This document shows, piece by piece, positions 13,696 to 25,364 of a stretch of 64,000 nt of DNA. Source of the stretch: Eledone cirrhosa (Eukaryota); NCBI GenBank assembly GCA_964016885.1, contig OZ024740.1:140802001-140866000 (forward strand), in the 5' to 3' direction. Numbering within the stretch: the stretch's first letter is position 1; every line of letters starts with the position of its first letter. The translations under genes and the position numbers were made by a program. The notes under the pieces were generated by a model. It did not search any database. It saw only the letters and a program-made list of their open reading frames with translations, and had not been told where the DNA came from.

Positions 13696-13950
13696 TTAAT
13701 CTTTTTATTACCATATTTCTAAAGAAAGACTTGCCTATGATTTTCAAATAATTTTGAAAATTATCAAGCGTTGGGAAGGATTTAGTAACATAACTACATT
13801 TCTCAAGTGATTGGGAAATATCTTAAGAAAAGTTCTTACTTAAAATTATGATAAAAGGTTTTTAGATAAATATAGACACTTTGAAATAAACAGTTTTATA
13901 TCATAGAACCATGGACAGTTTCTGGCGATTTTCTATCAAAAGAGTTCAAC
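13696..13950. mobile_element. AT-rich MITE family (TTAA-flanked)
   Basis: Homologous to 22915-23412 (inverted) and 48640-48790. Confidence 0.55.
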
Positions 13951-14302
13951 TAATCTTATTTAATTTCTTTCAGTTTCCTTTTATTTATATCATATGATAC
14001 AGGGCCTTTGTGTTTTATCAAAAGACACCATTATTTAAAGTTCCTGAAACCATAAAATAATTGCTTAAAATAATTCTCTCTTTTTGGTACTAACTACGAG
14101 GTCAAACTTTCACAGGTGGCGCAGTTGTAGAGATTATCTATGAAATTACCAATAAAATATTTTGACAAAGAAACATATAATGTTACATTCACACGCATAC
14201 ATATATATGTATGCACAGTATAGACTCATACATATACACAAACGTAAATATATATACATTGCATATACATACATACATACATACATATGTATGTATTGCA
14301 TA

Positions 14303-14605
14303 TGATGATGGCTGCCCCCTCGTTATCGAGTATGGCCATTGTATGATATACCATTATTAATAATTATTAATTAATTCTATCATGCAATGCCTGTGTGTGA
14401 AGATATTTTTTAAAGTGAGGAAAGACTGTGCACTGAGCCAATCCCACTCTCTGAGCGACAGTAGCTATAACCTGAAAAGAAGAAAAGATCAACATCATGG
14501 GTAACTACTGAGCCTCAGTTTTTACATCGGAGTTATCCCAGTTTCCTGAGTTGCCTTCTCCTAGAAGAATGCCCTGACAAAGGCTAGGGGTCCTTCACTC
14601 CCAGA
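14303..14605 (-). mobile_element. Second copy of the 881-1275 non-autonomous retroposon
   Basis: Shared termini, divergent interior, flanked by TA/TACA repeats. Confidence 0.55.
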
Positions 14606-14664
14606 TGTATGTATGTATTGCATATACATACATACATACCCATGCTTGTGTGGAAAGTGGATGT

Positions 14665-14704
<40 letters not shown>

Positions 14705-14754
14705 TATACGAGATATTGTTTTCGGTTTCTCTAGTATATATATATATATATAGT

Positions 14755-15570
14755 AATAATAATAGTAATAATAATAAATTTGACGACTAAAATCAAAAGA
14801 GGGCTCCATAAGTATAAATATATATCAAATATATAAGAACCATAGAGCAAATATTTATTAAAATAACAGATTAAAGTTTAAGCAAAGAATCGCTGCTTTC
14901 ACCCTTAACAGGATCTTCTGAAACTAAAAAAAATCAATCTGTGAACGCAAAAGTAAATATTTCAAAAAACGTTGCAACCGAAGGAAGACAGGAAGATGAT
15001 ACATTGGTTTGTGGAAACGTTCCCTGGCAAAGAACGGATAAAGACAAAGATAATACATCATAATTTGGAGTGGTGAAAACAATGGTGTATACGTTCGGGT
15101 ACAGGCATTGTGGGGTCTGTATGTGTGTGCCTGTGTTTTTTTTGTTTTTTTTTGTGTACGTGCTTGTATTGGCATACCCATTGCGGGTGTTTTCGCGTAT
15201 GCTTGTGTATATACGTATATGGTTGCATGTATGTATATATTTAATTTCAATTACCTCTGTAATTTATTTACTTTATTCTTAACTCTGAAGCTGGGAATCA
15301 TTCGGTTTCCTAATAGAATTTTAGTCTACGACTTCAGTTATGCCATATATGTGGTTTTGTCTTTGCATGTAATTGTTCTCACCACTCCACATAATGATGT
15401 ATTATGTTCGTTTTTTCCGTTCATTGCCAGAGAACGTCTCCACGAACCACCTAATAGAATATTAGTCTACAACTTCATTTATACCATAAACATGGTTTTG
15501 TCTTTGCGTGTAATTGTTTTCACCGCTCCAAAATTATGATGTATTATCTTTGTCTTTATCTGTTCTTGAC
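14755..15570 (-). mobile_element. Penelope-like remnant with inverted and tandem segments and hammerhead-like motif (14875-14925)
   Basis: 14755-14950 is the reverse complement of 2831-3025; 15005-15083 is inverted relative to 15372-15449 and 15513-15570; ~141-bp tandem at 15309-15570. Confidence 0.6.
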
Positions 15571-16045
15571 AAAAAGTGCCCAGCCTACACCGTAAAAAGG
15601 TTGTGTGTCATGACAAAAAGCACCCAGTACACACTGTAAATGTGGTTGGGATTAGGAAAGGCATCCAACCATAGAAACCAAGTCAAAATTAGTTCTGTAT
15701 GAGCAAGACATGGTTATCTGGAAGCTTTTGAGCAGCAAAATGACCACTTTACATATACATGTGTGCAGGAAAGAAGACTGAGATGGCATAGACATGTGAT
15801 GTGCATGGATGATGATCGGTGGTGAAGAAATGCCAAGAAAACCCAGTGAAAGGAAGCTGCATTAGAGGAAGACCAAAGAAGACCTGAGCAGAAGTCTTGA
15901 GAGATGATCTCAAATTGCTGAAGCTCAAAGTAGAGATGACAAGGATTGCGACAAGTGGAGAGATGCTGTGTTGAAAAGGACCTATCCAACCCATGCAAGC
16001 ATAGAAAAGCAGATGTAAAATGATGATGAATATGATGATGATGAT
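15571..16045 (+). mobile_element. RTE 3'UTR fragment plus degraded RTE 3' end with (GAT)n tail
   Basis: GGAAAGGCATCCAACC..GAAACC motif; RRLRWH.HV..RGRPKKT remnants. Confidence 0.8.
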
Positions 16046-16106
16046 TGTGCATTATATATATATATATAAATGTGTGTGTGTATATATATATAAATGTGTG
16101 TGTATA

Positions 16107-16443
16107 TCATCATCATTTCATTTTACGTCCACTTTTCCCTGCCTGCAAGGGTGGGACGGGAACTGATTCTGGCTTGATTTCTACAGCTGGATGCCCTTCC
16201 TAACACCAACCTCATTTACAGTGAGTGCTGGGTGCTTTTTTGCCGTGGCACCTCCACGACCACTTTGCAGTGGAATGATAGGGACTCCAGTCCCTATCAT
16301 CTCATTTCTACAGCTGAGTAAACTGAAGCAATGTGAAATAAAGTGTCTTGCTCAAGGAAACAACACATCATCCGGTCTGAGAATTGAACTCACAACCTTT
16401 CGATTGCAAGGCCAATGCTCTAACCACTAAGCCATGTGCCTCC
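16107..16443 (-). mobile_element. tRNA/CORE-like SINE with RTE tail
   Basis: Highly similar to 11160-11501; inserted in a TA/GT microsatellite. Confidence 0.87.
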
Positions 16444-16492
16444 ATATATATATATATATATATAAATGTGTGTATATATATATATATATATA

Positions 16493-18237
16493 GGAAACGA
16501 GGAAACTATAGAGGTATAAAGTTGATGGACCAGGTCATGAAAGTAACAGAAAGAGTTATAGCACAGCTGATTAGGGACCGGGTGAATATAGACGAGATGC
16601 AATTTGGGTTTGTACCAGGGAAAGGCACCACTGATGCCCTCTTCCTTGTGAGGCAATTACAGGAAAAGTACATAGCTAAAAGTAAGCCACTCTACTTGGC
16701 ATTTGTCGACCTTGAGAAAGCCTTTGACAGAGTTCCACGTGCAGTAATCTGGTGGGCTCTTAGAAAACTAGGAGTAGATGAATGGCTTGTGAAAGCGGTA
16801 CAAGCCATGTATAGGGGAGCAGTCAGCAAAGTTAGGATTGGCAATGAGTATAGCGAGGAATTTAGCGTACAGGTTGGGGTCCACCAGGGCTCTGTTCTTA
16901 GCCCTCTCCTGTTCATCATAGTCCTGCAGGCAATAACGGAGGAGTTTAAGACCGGATGCCCATGGGAACTCCTGTATGCTGATGACCTCGCACTCATAGC
17001 TGAATCTATGGTAGAACTAGAGAATAAATTCCAAACCTGGAAGCAGGGACTAGAGAGAAAGGGCCTCAAAGTCAACATGACAAAGACTAAGGTCCTTATA
17101 AGTAGACGAGAAAACAGAACCCAGATCCCCTCAGGGAAATGGCCTTGCTCAGTATGTAGGAAAGGTGTAGGTAGGAACTCCATTCTCTGCCCCAAATGCA
17201 AACAATGGGTACACAAGAGATGTAGCGGGATCTCAGGAAGCTTAATTAAGAATGTAGGATTCACATGCAGCAGCTGTGCTGAAACAGCAAGCAAACAGCC
17301 ACAGGAAACAAGTACCACCAATCTCTGGGAGGGCCCTGTAGAAACAGTAGACAGCTTCTGCTACCTAGGTGACCGAATTAGCAACGGAGGTGGGTGCTCA
17401 GAAAGTACAATAACTAGGGTAAGAACGGGATGGAAGAAGTTTAGGGAACTACTACCACTGCTAGCTGCAAAAGGCTTCTCCCTCAGAATGAAAGGCAGAC
17501 TGTATGATGCGTGTATCCGAACAGCGATGTTGCATGGTAGTGAGACCTGGGCGCTGAAGGTGGAAGACTTACGTAGATTAGAGAGAAACGAAGCCTGCAT
17601 GCTCCGATGGATGTGTAACAGTAATATACGTGAACGACAAAGCATAAAGGAATTGAGAGAGAGACTGAGCATAAGAGGAATCAAATGCTGCGTGCAGGAG
17701 AGGCGGTTACGCTGGTATGGACATGTGATGCGTATGAAGGATGACAGCTGCATAAAAAGGTGCAGAGCAATAGAAGTTGATGGAAACCGCGGAGTGGGGA
17801 GACCCAAGATGACTTGGGATGAGGTGATAAAAGCCGACCTTACCCAACTACACCTCTCAAAGTCAATGACACACGACCGTGACTTCTGGCGTCACGCAGT
17901 AATACAGGGTACCCGACCTCCCATGGGTACATGCTGAAGCATATAAACAATATGCCCCCACTCCCCCCACCGCAAGGTGGTCGTGGAGGTGCCACGGCAA
18001 AAAAGCACCCAGCCCACACTGTAAAGTGGACGTGTAGGCGCCACGAAAAAGCACCCAGCACTCACTGTAAATGAGGTTGGTGTTAGGAAGGGCATCCAGC
18101 TGTAGAAATCAAGCCAGATCAGTTCCTGTATGAGCAAGGCATGGTCAGCCGACCAGACACAGCCCACAACAGGACAACCCGTCTAACCCATGCTAGCGTG
18201 GAAGAACGGACGTAAAACGGTGATGATGATGATGATG
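16493..18237 (+). mobile_element. 5'-truncated RTE-clade LINE; uninterrupted RT-to-C-terminus frame to 17937, then 3'UTR and (GAT)n
   Basis: NYRGIKL, QFGF, FVDLEKAFD, GVHQGSVLSPLLF, LLYADD, RRLRWYGHV; the ORF's N-terminal extension is SINE/microsatellite. Confidence 0.95.
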
Positions 18238-20105
18238 AATCAGAGAGAGAATTGATCTAGATGAAATGCAGTTCGGGTTTGTGTCAGGCAAAAGTACCAC
18301 AGACGCTCTTTTCATTGTACGACAACTACAGGAGAAGTACCTAGCTAAAAGTAAACCCCTATACTTAGCTTTCGTCGACTTGGAGAAAGCCTTCGACAGA
18401 GTCCCCCGTTCCATTATCTGGTGGTCTCTTAGAAAACTAGGTGTTGACGAATGGCTTGTGAGAGCTATACAAGCCATGTATAAAGAAACAGTCAGTAAGG
18501 TTAGAATTAACAACGAATATAGTGAAGAGTTTAGCGTAAAAGTTGGTGTCCATCAGGGCTCTGTTCTTAGCCCCCTACTATTTATTATTGCCCTTCAGGC
18601 TATAACAGAGGAGTTCAAGACCGGCGGCCCATGGGAACTCCTATACGCAGATGATCTAACGCTCATAGCTAAATCAATGACCGAACTAGAGAAGAAATTC
18701 CAAACATGGAAGCACGGCCTAGAATCAAAAGGCCTTAAAATTAACCTGGCTAAGACTAAAGTTCTAGTTTATAGGAAAGAAAATAAGGCGGCGGTCCCTT
18801 CCAGGAAATGGCCATGATCAATGTGTAGGAAAGGCGTAGGTAGAAACTCCATTTTATGTCCCAAATGCAAAGTATGGGTGCATAAAAGATGTAGTGGGAT
18901 CACAGGTAAGCTAACTAAGAACATAGATTTTACATGTGGCCGGTGCTCTGGTGCAATAAGTAGCAGCAAGTGCCCACATAATACTAGCTCTTTCAATTGC
19001 GCAGAGGGTTCTATAGAAATAGTGGACAGCTTCCGTTATCTGGGTGACAAAATCAGCAGTGGGGGAGGGTGCTCTGAAAGTACAGTAGCTAGAGTCAGAA
19101 CTGGATGGAAAAAGTTCAGAGAGCTTATACCACTATTAGCCGCTAAAGGGTTCTCCCTAAAAATGAAAGGCAGGTTATACGATGCCTGCATACGAACAGC
19201 AATGCTGCATGGCAGTGAGACCTGGGCATTGTGTACAGAGGATATACGCAGACTAGAGAGGAACGAAGCTTGCATGCTCCACTGGATGTGCAATAGTAAT
19301 ATACGTGAACGGCTAAGCATAAACGAACTAAGGGAAAAATTAGAAATAAGAGGGATCAGATGTTGTTTACTCGAGAGAAGGCTACGTTGGTATGGTCACG
19401 TGATGCGCATGAAAGACAACAGCTGTATAACAAAGTGCAGGGCAATAAAGATAGACGGTAGCCACGGAGTAGGCAGACCCAGAAAAACCTGGGACGACAT
19501 GATAAATTCCGACCTCACACGCTTACACCTCTCCAAGACAATGTCACTGGACCGAGACCTTTGGCGGTACTCAGTAATAGAGAAGACCCGCCTTACCTAA
19601 TTACAAAGTAAAACCTACTACAGTCAGTAGGCATCTCTATCAAAACACACCCCCATCCCACCACCCCCACCTCATCCACACCGCCCCTTTCAATGTAAAG
19701 TTATGTTGGTGCCACAACATCCAGGCCGAAACAAATGAGATCGTGTAGGTGTCACGACAAAAAAACACACAGTCCACGCTGTAATGTGGCCGTGTAGGCA
19801 ACACGGTAAAAACCTCCCAGTCCCACACTGTAAATGTGGTTGGTGTTAGGAAGGGCATCCAGCTGTAGAAAACCCGCCAGACAGTCCACACTGTAATGTG
19901 GCCGTGTAGGCAACACGGTAAAAACCTCCCAGCCCCACACTGTAAATGTGGTTGGTGTTAGGAAGGGCATCCAGCTGTAGAAAACCCGCCAGACAATCCT
20001 ATGCGAGCAAGACAACCACTCTTGCCTCAAGTGGGAAAACCCCCGTCCAAACCCATGCAAGCGTGGAACACGGACGCTAAACCTTGATGATGATGATGAT
20101 GATGA
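18238..20105 (+). mobile_element. Second RTE copy head-to-tail with the first; stop at 18815-18817; tandem duplication in 3'UTR
   Basis: ORFs 18266-18817 and 18821-19600; (GAT)n tail at ~20086-20106. Confidence 0.95.
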
Positions 20106-20170
20106 TAGTAGGAAAAGAGTATTAATGTTTTGGATACTAGGCCTTCATCAGAAGATAGAATGAGAAATTA
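20106..20170 (-). mobile_element. Penelope-like terminal fragment with decayed hammerhead
   Basis: Minus strand TCTT-CTGATGA-aggcctagtatcc-AAAACATT, same family as 9600-9776. Confidence 0.45.
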
Positions 20171-20439
20171 AAGAGGAAATTGAGGAGACAGGCAGGGTGA
20201 AAATAGGAAAAAAGTTTTTTAGAGAAAAATAACAGTTTTATTCATGTTGTTATCTTTTGAAAACCACACATACACACACATATATACATGTGTATGTGAG
20301 TATATATATATATATATATATATATGACGCATAGAAATAACTTCTACAGGACTAGAACTGATGATTTCAAATGAGTGAAACAATTCCAGTTATGTGAAAT
20401 TTGTTTATATAAGAAATAAATATGTAACTTCTCAGCTAA

Positions 20440-20965
20440 TGTATTACATGGGACGATCTGATAAATTCCGACCTTACACACTTGCACCTCTCTAAGACCG
20501 AGATCTTTGGCGCTACACAGTAATACAGAAGACCCGCCTTGCCTATGTACAAAGCGAAACCTACAGTCAGTAGGCACCTCTTAACCAAATATACACCCCA
20601 ATCCTCTATCCCTACCCTATCCTCCCACTCCCACCAACACCACCCTCTCTCTATAAAGTTGGTACCACAACATCCAGTCCAAATAAATGAGATAATGAGA
20701 TCGAGATCGTGTAGGTGTCACGAGAAAAAACACACAGTCCACGCTGTAATGTGGCCGTGTGGGTAACACGGTAAAAAGTTTCCAGTTCCACACTGTAAAT
20801 GTGGTTGGTGTTAGGAAGGGCATCCAGCCGTAGAAAACCTGCCAGATAGTCCTATATGATTGAGACACGGTCACCCGACCAACCTTGCCTCAAGTGGGAC
20901 AACTCCCGTCTAACCCATGCTAGCGTGGAAAATGGACGTTAAACAAAGATAATGAGATGATGATT
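20440..20965 (+). mobile_element. RTE 3' end (last codons plus 3'UTR)
   Basis: Homologous to 19490-20100 and 42335-42830. Confidence 0.88.
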
Positions 20966-21020
20966 TAACTATCGTCCCCTTCCATTTCTCTATGGAAAAC
21001 CATTCTTAATTATATATAAT

Positions 21021-21199
21021 ATATTTATTTATATTCATACATGGAACAAAAGTGCTACCTAAGGTTTCAAGGTCCAATTTTGACCATCTGCCCAGATTGT
21101 AAGAGCAATCAAATTTTTGACCTAGTCATCAGGTGCTTGGACGAGTTTGAAGATACCTTAGGTAGCACTTTTGTTCTGCGTATGAACATATATAAATAT
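21021..21199 (-). mobile_element. Penelope-like fragment: degenerate hammerhead inside ~48-bp inverted repeats
   Basis: Minus strand AAGCAC-CTGATGA-long stem II-GAAA-CCTTAGG-TA-GCACTT; IR 21021-21068/21152-21199. Confidence 0.55.
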
Positions 21200-21359
21200 G
21201 AACTATATCAGACTTCATACCTGATTCAGCACTGTTTTCCTTTTACCTTTTTCATATTCACCAACATTTTACTTCATATGTATGTGTGTGTGTCTGTGTG
21301 TATCATCACCCCCATCATGACCACCACCACCACCACCACCACCATCATAATCATTATTT

Positions 21360-21835
21360 TATATCAGCTTTCCATGTTAGTATGAGTTGGATAGGTTATT
21401 ACAGTCTGAGACTAGACTAGTCAAGGAACCACATCTTGACTCTTATGTTTCCTATTTGGCATAGTTTCTATTGCTGGAAACCCTTCCTAATTTCAACCAC
21501 AATACAGCATCCACTGGGAGTATTTTATTATGGCACCAGTATTCTAACTCCCAGGGTGAATTGTGTGTATTTTGTCATGGAGTAATACTACAATTTTTCA
21601 TGGTACATTGGGTGCATTTTATTGTGGTATAAGCACTACATTTTACAGAGTATACTGAGTACGAACACTACCACTCTACAGAATATACTTAGTATATTTT
21701 ACTGTGGCACCAGCACTACTACTTTCCAGAGTGGACTGGGTGCATTTTATCATGACACCAGCATTGCCATTCTACAGAGTGAGTTGGATACATTTTATTA
21801 TGGTGCCAGCAATACCATTTTACAGTGTACACTGT
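21360..21835 (-). repeat. RTE tail fragment with ~7 degenerate ~47-bp tandem units
   Basis: Repeated TACAGAGT..ACTGGGTGCATTTT...CACCAGCA, the reverse complement of the RTE 3'UTR motif. Confidence 0.65.
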
Positions 21836-22229
21836 AATATATATAAACAGATAGATAGATAGATAGAGAGAGAGAGAAGGAGAGAGAGGAAATAATGAAA
21901 GAGAGATTAAGCTTTATCAAATATTTAGATAAGAGAGATGAAGAAGGGTGAATAAGTGAGATTAGATTATTGGATTCTGTGGAATTGTATATATTTGAGA
22001 TACAAAAGCTAGAAAGAAATGGCAGTTTGGTAGGTAGAAGTGTTGGATTTGCTACATGTTAGCAGCACACTATCTATTGATCCTGTTTGATTTGTCCAAG
22101 ACAAAACAAAAAGTAAAAAAAAAACAAACGACTAGTCTAGCTTAGCAATCCAATTATCCAAGAAGCTGGATTAGTGTTGAGAAGCAAAAGAAAGTCTGTT
22201 GGACAAAAGTTGGTCTTAGCAACAATAAT

Positions 22230-22560
22230 GATTACCATCATCATCACCACCATCATCATACTCCCCCAACTAACACAACCATTATTGGCGTTGTCATCGT
22301 CAACATTATCATCCTCTTAGCACTATCACAGGCAATCGTTATTATCATCATCCTAACCATCATCATCATCTCTCCTACCACTACCATAACCATCGTCATG
22401 ATCATGGTCATCTTCCTCATCTACCAAACCACTACCACAATCCTCATCAGCATAATAATCCTCATTTCCCCACCATTATCACAATGATTATCATCCTCTC
22501 TCACCTCCTCCACCACAACCGTCAAACAATCACCATCATCATAAATCATTATTGTTGTCA
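22230..22560. repeat. Degenerate (CAT/CAC)n tract
   Basis: Trinucleotide periodicity. Confidence 0.8.
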
Positions 22561-22914
22561 TCTTATTATTTCTATTAATGCTTTTCCATGCTGGCATTGG
22601 TTAGATGGGACATCTTTGAAACTGTATTTTACAGACGTATGCCATCCCTGATGACAACCATTAGGGTTTTTTAAAGTAAGCGATAGTTTTTGTCTACCAA
22701 TTTCATTCCAAGTGTAAAGCCAGATGGTCATAGCTGAAACGTCTTTGATCATAGGTCTACTTGCCCAGGGTTAAATACCACCACCACCACCGCTAGCACT
22801 GCCTACAACAACAATAATATTGGAGATTGCATTATCTCCAAAATTCACGAGCACAAAGTACATTAAACAATAAACTCTACACTAACTCCAGTACTTTTCA
22901 GATTCAAGGAAACA

Positions 22915-23412
22915 AATTATTCCTTTTAATACCAACTCACCTGAAACTGCTCTTGGTTCTACAATACAAAACTGTTTGTTAAATGATGTTACAAAACACT
23001 AGTTTAATAATAAGAAACTTAGTTGTATTACTAAACCCCTCCAAATTCTTGATTATTTTCAAAAGTATTTGAAAATCATAGGCAAGTCTCTTTCATCAGA
23101 AATATGGTAACGAAAATGTTAAAATGTTTATATTTATCTAAAAACATTCCAGCATAATTTTATGTAAGAGTCTTTGTTAAATTATGTTCCAAATACCAGC
23201 TTAATAAGGAAAAACATAGTCGTATTACTAAATTCTTCCAAATTCTTGATTATTTTCAAGAATTTGTTATTTATCAGTGCATGAAAAGCTGGATTTCTTT
23301 CCAGATTTGCAATTCCACGATCATAGAAAATTTGTTCCCCTCAAAATGTTCAAGATTATTTAAACATTATATGCAATATCTTTCATGAGAAATTTGTTAA
23401 TGAAAGGCTTAA
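22915..23412. mobile_element. Tandem/partial copies of the AT-rich MITE family
   Basis: GTATTACTAAA...CCAAATTCTTGATTATTTTCAA repeated at ~23025 and ~23222; homology to 13696-13950. Confidence 0.55.
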
Positions 23413-23844
23413 GCTCTACTGTAAATTTCTTCATATAAATATTACCAAAGACTAATAGTTTAGAAAATCGAACAACATAGTTGATGGCCAACAATAATGA
23501 GAGGCTATTAAATATAATAACTATACTAAATTCCGTCTGTTATTAATGAGTTTAATGGTAGGGAAGCTGCTGTCAGATTGTCTGATGACAATTATGTTTA
23601 ACTTGCTCTGACAACTAATTCTCTCATATTTTGGATAATTCTTAGCTGTAAAAGCACTTCTTAATTCTAAACACTTATTTGTTAATTGAATTGCACCCAT
23701 GCACCCTGTATATATACATACACACATGCATGCACATGCACACATTATTAGGGGTGTTAAATTATTTATTCTATCTGTGGCTTATTTAACTAGTTATATT
23801 AGTTCCAGTCAGTCCTGTATGTATAATATGAATAAATAAATATG

Positions 23845-24235
23845 AGTCATCCATCTATTGAAGGTGAAGCATGCACAAAGTTATTGTTCCAGACTTCCTG
23901 ATCTCTCATTGTAGCAAGATCCCATCCAATGAGTCCTGATGGTTATGTTTAGATGTCCTACTTAGTGCTTTGCATTGGGTGATCAGAGAAGCAGTTTCTC
24001 TGTAGGTTCATCATGGCGGGAAACATGATCAGCAAGAACCAAGTGACAAGATTGAAATTTTGATGAAACTGGTGGCAGATCACAACAAAGATCTCTGTTG
24101 GTAGCAGGACTTTGTCATGAAATGTTGAACACCACATGTAACATCTTGGTGTTGGAACCATCAAGTCTCCTGAGTGAGCGACACTGAAATTTCAGGATTC
24201 TGAACCATACAGTACTTTAATACTCTACATTACCA
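23845..24235 (-). pseudogene. Degraded RTE ORF2 C-terminal fragment
   Basis: Minus-strand remnants YGSE..RRLDG..TKML..RDQEVW resemble 45301-45923. Confidence 0.6.
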
Positions 24236-24299
24236 TAAATATACGACTACAAACCAAACTACATATAAGAAAGACAAAATCAAATAACATCAGTATTCC

Positions 24300-25200
24300 C
24301 CCAAACTCCAGTGCAATCATCTTCAGTAATGAAAGTCAGCCTGTTCTTGATCAAATTATTTAAGTTGCCAATATTCTTTGGTTCACTTCCTCTTGTGTAA
24401 TTTTTCCACTTATAAAACATGTTTTCAATGGGGTTAAACTGGAGTGTATATAAAGATAAGAATCATACTTCATGCCATTTTGACTGAATTAACTGATAAA
24501 AATCCCTATTCTTATGAAAAGGAATATTGTTCAAAATCAATTTACAATCCTTCATGTGTTTTTCATCGATCCAATTAAGAAATGTGTTGATAAAATCGTA
24601 CTTAAAGGCACCATTTTCCTGTTTATAGAAAATTTCCCCATTTTTGTTCATGGCACAACATATATTTATATTTTGAGAATGCAATCCAGGCGCTGTCCTC
24701 TTAGGATATTGTCTAATTCTTGTTCTACCATATTTAGATCTCATCCAAATTTTGAACTTAACTCCATCAATAAAACAAATTTGACTCAGACATGCCTGTC
24801 AAAAGATTTTGAAATTCTCTGGTATAACTTATTTTCTGTGTAATATTCTTCAAATTTAAACTTAATTCAGAAATCACTTTAGACCTCTTGAATGTATAAT
24901 AGAGACTTTGAAGGCATTTATTTATCAACACTTTCTCTTAAAACCTCATATTAAAACACTGAAAAAATCATGTCAGACAACAGTTTTAAAGATACATAGC
25001 ATTTTTCATCTATTGACGTTTGCATAAAATTTCCATTTCTCCTGAAATTTTACTGTTTTGAAAAGATCCTTGATTGTTTTGTTTGCTATGACCGTTTTGT
25101 TTTTATATTTGTATAATTTGTATAAAGTTTAAACACTTGTCTGGGGAATACCTAATATAAAGGCAACTTCACTTATAGTTGCAACCTTCATCATAATTTG
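24300..25200 (-). pseudogene. IS630/Tc1/mariner DDE transposase fossil
   Basis: Minus-strand FIDG..NINICCAMNKNG..LILNNIPFHK..PIENMF.KWKN pattern, with frameshifts and stops. Confidence 0.75.
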
Positions 25201-25364
25201 ACATAATTATGATACAGAAATTAGTAAAATCCCAATGGATAATGTGTGTGTGTGTTTTTTATTTCACTGTTGTATTTGATGTTTGTCATATTTAGTTTTA
25301 AAATATAATTTTATGATAAGTAAAGAAATAAATAGAGTTCTGAGAAAGTTTGCTGTACAGTATT

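Noticed and set aside
16384-16492. N-terminus of the 517-aa ORF as a real start
   Set aside because: It derives from an antisense SINE head and (TA)n; the LINE is 5'-truncated
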